From contig CM082592.2 in NCBI GenBank assembly GCA_040954595.2, positions 3,240,735 to 3,304,734 on the forward strand: a DNA stretch of 64,000 nt, read 5' to 3'. Source of the DNA: Balanoglossus misakiensis. Lineage: Eukaryota; Animalia; Hemichordata. Below are positions 1 to 10,100 of the stretch, piece after piece (within the stretch, counting starts at the first letter, position 1; each line of letters begins with the position of its first letter). The position numbers were made by a program, and so were the translations under genes. The notes beneath the pieces were generated by a model. It saw nothing but the letters and a program-made list of their open reading frames with translations. It did not search any database and was not told where the DNA came from.

Positions 1-287
1 ATGGAAGTAAATGGTGGGATTGACATGAAACGGCTAGAAGGGTATGAATTTGCCCCTTTCCCCAGTCCGGTCTGCTTGATTCAAACTTTGATGGCGTTAC
101 CACTTAAATTTTATTTTAAACATTCTTGATCAGAGATACATATCATGTATGGTACATGTACATTCACTGATTGAAGCACTCATGGACTTCAGTATTATCA
201 GTATATTACATGTATTGATGAGAGTTGTAAGAATTGTCCATTCCTCCGTAATCCATGTACATTGTATGTTAATTTCTTGATATCTAG

Positions 288-900
288 GGCTGTAGTTGAG
301 ACCTTGAAAGATGTCAGTGGTGACAGACGATGTTTTCGACTGGTTGGCGGTATTCTGGTTGAGAGAACAGTGAAGGATATTTTACCAGCTCTTGAAACAA
401 ACAGAAATAAGGTCAGTGTTTTTTTCCAGAATTTTCGTATATACAAGAAGTTACCATGAAAATTCAGTTGAGCAATAGGGGAAATGCCGCGGTCAAGATC
501 TTGAAGATGCAACACTTTGTTTTGCTTGTGTCTCTGGGAATAAAGCATCAGAACACACTCAAAATATGTGCACATGTTTCCGGACACGGGCACTACATTT
601 ACATACATGTAGGCCACATTTGGCCAGCATCAACAGAATGAGTTGTAGTCTTTTCAGTTCTGTGTTCAGACATGTACATGTATATAGCACAATAATAATC
701 AGTAAAATTGTTGTGCTTTGTTCTTGCAGCTTGGCCAGTTGGTTGAAACATTAAATGAACAAGTAATGAAGAAAGGCAAAGAAATTAACGAGTACAGAGA
801 CAAATATAATATAAAAGTGAGAAGTGATCCTGTTAGTGAAGAAGAACAAGAGAAGAAGGAGAAACCCGTTTCACAAGGAGTCTTAGTCGGCAATGATTGA
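288..900 (+). CDS. PFDN2: Prefoldin subunit 2, last two coding exons (288-411, 730-900); 5' part lies outside the window
   Basis: Translation VVETLKDVSGDRRCFRLVGGILVERTVKDILPAL...KKGKEINEYRDKYNI...GVLVGND* matches the prefoldin-2 pattern (CFRxVGGVLVERTVKEVLPAL; C-terminal GVLV). Canonical AG/GT sites join in frame; AATAAA at ~1184 and ~1429. Confidence 0.93.
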
Positions 901-2140
901 ACATTACTTCCCTTTATGAGGTTTACTGTGCTCTTTTGTTTATATTGTTGTACCATGAGATCTGTCACTGCTTTTTTATACTTAAACAAGAAAATTGTAA
1001 AGGAAGGTTTGGGTTAGCTAGGAATGCATTACTTGGATGGTCAGTGAAGACAAGGACAAATCAATATGATAGATATTGTGCGGACACTTCTGTATTTATC
1101 ATCAAACTGCAGTTATAATATGTTTATTATTTTTTTGAGCCCTAACATAAGAGCAGCATATAACATCAATGTGTAGATAATCCAATAAATTATTCTTTCT
1201 GTAAAAACTAGATGTAACTGCTGTACTGAACCGAACTTCACAGGCAAAGATAACATGGCCCAATTCAAGAAAATGTTACCTGCATTTATTTTTATTGCTG
1301 AAAGATCTATTGAAAAGGACGAACCTGCAACTATTTGGTAATGCCAAAATCCATAACAGCATGCTTTCATTTCATGATGGACGACAATATTCTTGGGATA
1401 AGTTTAAAAACATTGGCAAATTAATTTGAATAAAATGTTTTTTATTTTATTTTAACTGTGTGTTTAATTTGGCGTATGTTTTCGTGAGCTCTTCAAAGAG
1501 TATAGACTCACTTGCCAAGTTGTCAGTCTACCAACCAGCTGCACCAGCTAGTATAGTGAGGCAAGTTTACATTATCTGTTTGACCAAAGGGACACGTTGG
1601 GTCATGATGTGATTGTATTGGAAATACTGGGCAAATAACTACTGGTCGAATACGCCATTGTCACCGATGATCGTTTTATCCACAGTCAGCTGGTGAATCA
1701 TAAGACTAGTACCATACCTAGACTGAAAGATTCAGGACCGAATCTCTCCATACATTGTATCATACGATACGTACAAAATGCCTGTACTTTGGCATTCGAC
1801 TGTGCTTGTTACCATTTCTGCCACTGGTGGCGCTATGCATTCCAATCCAGACAAACTGAGGCCATAACTGAGGCAGGGTACCAGCCAAAGTAAACTACCA
1901 CAGTTCGTATAGAATCTTGTAAATCTTGTACAAAAACTTGTCAAACCATGGTCTTGATATTCAGATGTAGCCGAAACGATGTAATTGTTAATTTCAGTAT
2001 GATAACACAAACAACTGATCAATGTAATATGTATATAGGAGTCTGAGTTGCTCCAATCAAGTCATGTCACAGAGAAAAGCCGCCGTGGTTTGACAGAGAG
2101 TGTGTTTTATTGAAGTATGCTTTGTTGAGATGGTTATTAA

Positions 2141-3636
2141 CACTTTCGCTGCGGGAGGGCATTTTCTGCGCCGGCAGTCAGAATGCGGGAGGCGCATAAA
2201 TGCGCCAAGATCGCGTCCGTTACTTGGTCTGTTCTATTTTATGTTCGTTGCTTATTTACTCATTTTGTATGACTATATATAGGACAGGGGTCAACCCTAA
2301 TTGAGCATGCGCATATGTATTGTAAACAATCAAGTCGATTTTGTCATCAAAGGGTTTCCTTATACAGCTGATTTTAGGTCGCCCCGATCATATTTTTTCA
2401 TTCACTTGGTATTTAAAAATGGCGACATGGGCAAAGTTTGATGCCGACGAAGTTCTTGAACAAGTCTTTCAGGATAGTGACAGCGATCATAGCGATAGCG
2501 GAAGCCAAATTACGGACAACAACATCATAGAACCAGAAATAGAAGCCAGACACGGAGACAACAGAGTAGAGACAGAGAGAGGGAGGGTTTTTGTCATGTT
2601 CTCGGACGTCGTAACGTTGATGGTGACACGCGGTGGGTTTTGTATGACGTAAATGACAATTACACACCGGACTGGTTGTCTGTATACGATCGTCGCTAAG
2701 GTTTATTAGTTGACACTGATGACTTTGCACCGGTTGACTTTTTTCAGCTGTTCTTTCCTGGTGATGTGTTTGAGTTGATGTCATTGTCAGAGCAAACTGA
2801 TATGTACACCGCACAATTTTTTGACAACCCTGCAATTGATGAGTTGCCCTTCCGGTCAAGATTTCGCTAGATGCCTACTTCACTGAATTAAATGAAGGCG
2901 TAGGTTTCTTTGCAAATCTTGATGGGACTTTGCCAGAAGTCTATGTTGTCAGAGTATTATATCCATTTGAAATGAATTGCCAAAACAGTACTATGCTAAT
3001 GAATTTTTTTTAAATGTGTGTATATTCATATTTACCAACCTTGATTTCTTCAACTTGCAATTCATTAAAACGTAGAGTATTTAATAAATTACTTAATTAA
3101 TTTATTTTATTATTATTATTTATTTACAAGTTCAATCATTCACCTTTTCACTAATAATCTATATTTCTTTCTCAGATTTTAAACATGTATACATGTAAAT
3201 GGTGGGCATGATTTGATAATTGTTTTTATGGTCCATTAATAAATTTGATCAAATTTCTTGCTCAAAAGTCACTTGTTATTCCCTTTTATACAGGGGGAAG
3301 TTGTTTTTGACTATGTTTGTCTGTCAGCTGTGATACAATGAATTAAATACAGTATTTCAGTCACTTATATTACAATATCTGTTGTTTTTACCATATTTCG
3401 ACAGAAATCCATTATGGCTGCCAGTGTCACATGACCAATTAATGGTCATGTGACCATTTTTCAGTTTTATTATGTTGGTTGTCTTATAAAATATACTTGC
3501 TGGAAATATCGTTGCATATACTTTCATATTACAAGAGATAGAGAGGGTAAAGTAAAACATTGTTTATTAGTTAAATTTACCATAGGAAACTACGCACAGG
3601 AATACATTAGCATATATTAACTACGCAGTGAAAGTG
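2141..3636 (+). mobile_element. Decayed, internally deleted piggyBac-family DNA transposon
   Basis: TTAA at 2137-2140 and 3637-3640. 13-bp TIRs CACTTTCGCTGCG / CGCAGTGAAAGTG (1 mismatch). Contains a transposase N-terminal remnant. Confidence 0.88.
2419..2960 (+). pseudogene. piggyBac transposase N-terminal remnant with stops
   Basis: Acidic N-terminus MATWAKFDADEVLEQVFQDSDSD..., then DFAPVDFFQLFFPGDVFELMSLSEQTDMYTAQFF...RFR*MPTSLN*MKA*VSLQILMGLCQKSMLSEYY. This fits the PxDFFxLFF / TNxYA / ExKAFxGLxIxMG / EYW pattern of piggyBac transposases, with three in-frame stops. Confidence 0.8.
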
Positions 3637-3657
3637 TTAAAGAAGAAGTGGACGATG

Positions 3658-3982
3658 ACATCTCTGACTTAATCCACCTGAAAACTTCAACAAGACTTCT
3701 TCGTTATGGTTCAAATGACAAATTTCTACTTCATGTACCACGGAGTAAGAAGAAAATATACGGTGATCGTGCCTTTTCGTATATCGCCCCACTCATAACA
3801 GTGTCCCAATAGAAAGAAGTACGCAAGTCACCTAGCCTTGACAGTTTCAAGAAACACATCAAGACTTATCTGTTTAACAGAGCCTATTAACAGTAACTTT
3901 ACATTGTTTTTTTTTTTTTTTTTTTACATTGTAAAGCGCTATTGAACACTGTTGCAGTTGAGTTTGGCGCTCTATAAATCCC

Positions 3983-4024
<42 letters not shown>
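3658..4024 (+). mobile_element. 5'-truncated L2-clade LINE 3' end with (TGAT)n tail
   Basis: Frameshifted ORF2 C-terminus LHVPRSKKKIYGDRAFSYIAP...EVRKSPSLDSFKKHIKTYLFNRAY* (stop 3888-3890). Followed by TGTAAAGCGC...GCGCTCTATAAAT 3' UTR and a (TGAT)n tail at 3985-4024. Confidence 0.8.
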
Positions 4025-4097
4025 GACAGAAAGAGTTAATTTGTCCTCAGATAACCCCTGGACCCCGCAGACGGTAGAAGTTGCAACTGGAAAATGA

Positions 4098-4158
4098 CCT
4101 GAGGGCAGCGCTGCCCTCAGGGCAGCAGCAAATGGGTACACAACATTCAATGACGTCA
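4098..4158 (+). promoter_or_regulatory. Putative TIR promoter: 24-bp perfect palindrome CCTGAGGGCAGCGCTGCCCTCAGG (4098-4121) and CRE TGACGTCA (4151-4158); mirrored at 20033-20093
   Basis: Motifs read directly. They lie just upstream of a consensus splice donor AAG|GTAAGT at 4266/4267. Promoter function is inferred. Confidence 0.5.
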
Positions 4159-4184
4159 CAAAAAATAGTCCCGCGTAAGAACCC

Positions 4185-7100
4185 ATGCGGCGAGTGCCAA
4201 GTCCTGGCTGCCAGTGTCCTGCATGCTGCAGATTACACCTCGTGTGGGATCCTACCGTTGTTGAAGGTAAGTTAAATTCCCGAAAGATATGTTGAAAATA
4301 CATAATATATCAACACGTTCGTACTGACTACATTAGCAGAGTTGCATGGGCAATTAAATTTGCAAACGATGTTATTTTGTTAGTAATATCTAATGGTTCG
4401 CAGCTGACCAGGCCCTCATGATGCATGCACGAGACATATATATTAAACATGACAGAAAAATTACAACTTCTTTAGAAATTCGTTGCATAGTGAATATCCG
4501 ATAATACCTCCATGTGTATATCTATCAATCTGCTCTGATCGTAGCAATATTAAGAGGTTATAACTTATAAACGGCAAGCTAGGCTATTTGGTTTTGAATA
4601 TGAGACCTCTGGGGTAAAAATTAGCATATTTGGCAGGCGGGAAATACTAGTAATCTGCCCTGAGGGCAACTCAGACATTCATTTCATATGTTTATACATG
4701 TCATTGCATAGCATCTGCCCTGAGGGCAACACTATATCTGAGCTGCCCTCAGGGCAGACATACATTTCATATGTTTGTACATGTCATTGCATAGCATCTG
4801 AGCTGCCCTCAGGGCAGACATTCATTTCATATGTACGTACATGTCATTGCATAGTATCTGCCCTGAGGGCAACACTATATCTGAGCTGCCCTCAGGGCAG
4901 ACATTCATTTCATATGTTTGTACATGTCATTGCATAGCATCTGCCCTGAGGGCAACACTATATCTGAGCTGCCCTCAGGGCAGACATACATTTCATATGT
5001 ATATATACATGTCATTGCATAGCATCTGCCCTGAGGGCAACACTATATCTGAGCTGCCCTCAGGGCAGACATTCATTTCATATGTACGTACATGTCATTG
5101 CATAGTATATAGGCCAGGGTCATCATTTTACCCCTGTATACCCATTAACTCAATTGAGCACTAGTGTGTTTTAAAAACTTCAAGTACAAGTGACAAGAAC
5201 CAAGTTGTTTGTGAACAGTGATGTTTCTCTTCTTTTTAAACCTTATCAGGTACATAAATCTGTCATTGAATACACAATGTTGCTTATATTTTTTTTACTT
5301 ATTTTAAAAGCTTTTCCAGATAAAGATATATACAACGAAATGAATACCAAAGGTAAGTTTTTTCGCAGCCTGATGAATATTCCACTTCCTTAGTTGTGCT
5401 GTCAGTGATGCATATCTTGATATCAAAAAGTTGTTAATTTTAAACTTTTTCCAGTGCAAGCTTTTTTTAAAAGCAGTGGTTCAAAAGTATACACGTTCCT
5501 ATAGTTATCTAATTCAGATTTGTTGTGATGGAGTATGCGATTTTTATATCATTAATATGAGGTTTATTACACAAATACTGCAAAGTATGCACGAGGACAT
5601 TTGCGCCAGTATCGCCCGATCGAAAAACCGCTCAGCTGAAACAGTGAGCAGCCATCTTTCTTTTTTGTTTACATGCGTTGGAGTGGGGGTGTCTTGAAAC
5701 CGTCCGCACAACAGCGTATTCCTGTACACGCTGAGTTGGGGAGCCTTGAAACTTAAGGCATATTTAACACGCGTTCCGTACGTACCGTTCCGTACGGCTT
5801 TGTTAGATTTTATGACATGGTAATTTACCTCACCCTTGTCGCTTCCATATACACACTCGGTCATTAATTTTTTTAGAAAAAATAGCAGTTTTCCTTTTAT
5901 TTTAGAAACAGTGCAGTGCCTATGGACATGTGAAGGAGGTGATAACACTATTCTTGGCAGTATTGGACCCCATACTATTACAGTGGGAACAATACGAACT
6001 TTGAAACCTGGAAACTGGCTGGTAGATAACGTAAGTTGTGTTGTAAATTTTAAAAAAAAGATTGTCACTGTTTATTGGCGTAAATTGTCATACAGTTATA
6101 CTGGTGGTATCACTGCGTGTTTCAGCATGCGCTCAAATGGATGTGGCCCATCATAACACATTACATAAGAATGCTGGTCATGACAATAGAACATTGTCAC
6201 AATTATTACATTGTATTTTTATTTTTTTATAGGCTGTTGATGCATATCTGTTCTTATTGCAAAAAGCCTTGCCACAGTCTTCAGTAAGTCATCACTATAA
6301 TATACTAATGCTCTTCACTGACTGTTTATATCTCTCACCTGGAGCGTGAATCGTCAGTGGTACAAACAAAACAATTGAAATATGCATGGACACATACATG
6401 TATTCACTAGGCATTTAAGTTTCGTTTTTGTAAATCAACGCTGCTTAATAAATGATCAGACCTGACCTCCAGGTGTCACCATGAAAACAAACACTGCTTG
6501 CTAAACTCTGATGATATTGCCCCATGTGTGAAACTCTGATAACTGAATATTTTTATATAATATGCCCCCCCCCCCTTCTATATATAAATAAATATATACA
6601 CTGAATTCTCTCAACAGAATGCTGTTATACTACCCCATCACTTGTGTAGTGAAATAGTAATGGGAAAAAGGAAAACAGTTAAAAGGAAGAAAAAACTTGC
6701 GGTAGGATTTGCAGATCAAGTAGCCTTAGGTTACAAAATAACAAATTTTAGTAGTAGTTAGTAGTACCATCTCTTCTCACCAATAAAGGATATTTCGGGT
6801 TTCGGCAGCCTATTGTCTGTCAAGTGAAATAATTTGCTAAAGCTATTGTTAATTTGCAAAATAGGGTTGAGACACTGCCCATTGAATCATTTATCCTTGC
6901 TGCTAATCTGGGGTAATGGATCCGTAAGTGATTTGCTCAGATGATTTGAAAAGCAAAAAAAGAGCTCAGTTCGTTAAGATTTTCTCAGGTGTTTTCCTGA
7001 CATGCACTAGTATTCATGTACAGATAACTAACCTTCATTTTGAAGATTCTTGGTGAATTTTGATATTTTTTATTTACGATTCTTGTATTTTTAATTGTAG

Positions 7101-10100
7101 GAACAAATAGCAGCAGCAGATAAAGTTGTAGGGGTTATTTACAACCCAGGCCACTGGACTGTCTTTGTAAGTGCGATGAATTTGTATTTACAGACTGGTA
7201 GGGTTCTGATTGAATTTTGTTTGACCAAAGTTTGCTTGGAGACAAATTTTAATTAAGATTTTAATGCAGTAATTATGCAATTGATATACATAAGTCACCT
7301 TTACCTGTATCAATTCTAATTGAAATGATAACTCGGTTTCATTTGCTCTATCATTTTTACTTTTCATCAAATATGTCAATGTTTAGTGATGCGAAGAGGT
7401 TTTGATACACCCAAATTTTGATCATCACACATAAATCTATTGTATAAATATGTGCTCTGTGACCAAGAGGGTCATTGATGGCATTTTTGTTGTACTAATT
7501 GGTACTTGTTTTATGTACAGTGTGCTGATATGGTCAAGTGCACCTTTTGCCTCTTGGATCCATTACGTCAAGATAGGGACTTTAGACTTGAAATGAACAA
7601 TTGGAGGTATGTACAGGAAATCATTTTTAGTCCTCATGGATGCAGTCTGGCGGGGACTTACAGATTGGGTCCTGTGAGTCTGTCTGTCAGCAGCTATTTC
7701 TCAGACACCCATGAACTGATTTTGTTAAAACCTGGCACATAGGCATTTTATTGTAGTGTCCGTGTGCATGTCAATTTATTTCAATTCAATCCAAGAAGGC
7801 TGCCAGGTGGCTATTTTGTTGTGAAATTTGGTTGCCTTTGGGCCGTAAATGAACTATCCCTAAACACATTTTGTTCAAAGTTGGTATAATAACATCTGGT
7901 GAGCACATCGCAAGGTACACTTAAAGCTTTAAAGAAAATATGAAAATGCATGTACTGCAAAAAGAATATGTCACAATTACACTTGATTGGCATAACTTTA
8001 TTGTCATCTGTAATGGTTTTAACTTTCTTCAGTGAGTTTCTTGGCTATCTTGGACTGAAGAGGTCATGGAAGGCACTGAAGCTACCACATGACACTCAGC
8101 AAGATGGCTCATCATGTGGTGTGTATGCATTAGAGGTGAGTGTTTTGAATTGTATTTAGCTGCTCTGTTCACACAACAGTAGACTAACCCACTAGTCACT
8201 TGGCACTTTTTTGCCTGAAGATTCTTAACCAATTCTGTTGTTCTCTAATTATCTTACCATTTGTGTGGGGTTTCGTTACCTCTCACCAAGCCATCTCATA
8301 GCTTATATATTCACTAGTCACTCGCCATAATATCAACACGAAAAACACCTGAAATTTGCTTACTATACCATAGCATGATATAGCCAATACACTGGGAACA
8401 AGTGCCTGTCTTTCTTTTTATCTGTGTTCCATTAAACCCCCAGTAATACTGTCGTTAGGCTGTTTTCCACTAGTATTTTTTTCTGATAAGAACTGCCATG
8501 TTTTGATTATGGAGTCAATACACACTAGGACAAGTTTATTAGATATGTTTTAATGCAAATTATCTTTTTCTTTATGTGAAACCTGTGTTTAATTTTGGCA
8601 GCACTAAATTGTGTGCACCAGCCTGATAATGAGTATCCATGTTTACAAATTTGTGCCGAGTATTGGGTGGAAATTTGTGACTTTCTTGTCGACAAATGAT
8701 GTTTCAGAGAAAACATTCTGATGAATTCATTGAGTGTAGGAAAATTTACATGCAGGCCAGCTTTTAACGATGGAGTGAAAAGGCTATAATTATATTAGAA
8801 ATGTCATGGTATTTCCCTACAGTTTGCTGACCTTTTTCTGCAAGGGAAAAAGGTATTTAGTTTAGACAGACAAGACACACGATTGAAAATAGCAGTAAAG
8901 ATAGTAGCAGAGATCGGTAGGTGAAGCTCAGGGCTAGATAGTCTTTTGTACAATTACCAAGTGCATGTCGTGTTTTTATCTAATCAAAGGGACAATAGCG
9001 ATTTTTAGGTTATTTTTTTCAGTGTTTATGTAAAATTTGAAGGGGAAGTCTGGTCCAGCAGATTTCTACATAATTTTGTTGCTTTGAGATTACTCTTTCA
9101 GAAATAAAAACTTTTGGCATGAATACATCACACATTTTTTTACAATAACAAGGGAAAGTTGGCAGAATTTCCAATATGGTGTTTACTGTAATTTGAATCC
9201 TAGGGAAAACACGCCAAATCTAACTTCTGCCCAACATGATGTGGGTGATACCATTTTCCGATTGGTAAACAACTGCTCTTGATTGTTTATCAACTGCGCT
9301 GTAAAGTACAATCAGTTGCTATGCAAATACACCCAGACTGGCGTACACTGCAGTGACCTCAAAGCCAGCAAATTATGTAGAAATCAGCTGGACCGGACTT
9401 CCCTTTAAATTCACTGGTCAACATGACCAAGCTGATTGCACTTACACAAGCTGTGTTCAAAAGCTGTGTCATTCAAACATCTATTGTCTGAACTTATGAT
9501 TCTAGGCTCACACTAATTATGATTTTTCCAGACTTATCTATTCAAATGTGTAGTTGACACAGAATTATAACTAACTCATGCAACTGCGATGTTATATTCA
9601 CAACCTACATTGTAATCTCTACTCTTTCTGTTCATAATCTCAACTACAGCAATTGATTGCACAATATAGTTTTGAAATTTTCATAAGAATCCTTTAAACA
9701 TTAATATGTTTACCTTGTGTAAAAAATAGTATGGTTTTACTTTTAAGGCAGGAGACTGCCCAGTGTTATTACATTATTACCTTGTATGTTTTCTGTAGAA
9801 TTTACATGCAGGTATAGGTATGGAAGAAACTATACTTCAAATGTTGTAAAATTGTTTCCGTACATACATTCTTCCCAACCCCACCACTTTTCCTTCACTG
9901 AGAATGCATTTATTAGGTTTGTGCATGTGATGCTGCATCTTTTTCCTACAAGTTAATATATGCCTGATCTTCTTTACACGCAGATTCCACCAAAAAAAGA
10001 TGTCATGGATGTGGCAAGGGTAGCCCTAGGGTAAGCATCACTGAACTCCTAATGAAGTATCGGTAATAGTTTTGACTTTTTGGACATTGGTTTCATGGCT

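Larger units (their letters stand above)
4067..5107 (+). repeat. Left terminal inverted repeat of the MULE (unique ~585 bp plus tandem array)
   Basis: Reverse complement of the right end; the first mismatch I found by eye is at 4905. Confidence 0.95.

Noticed and set aside
4698-5164. Repetitive ORFs MSLHSICPEGNTISELPSGQ... (also 19005-19493)
   Set aside because: These are translations of the 83-bp repeat; the unit length is not a multiple of 3, and the region is intronic in my models.
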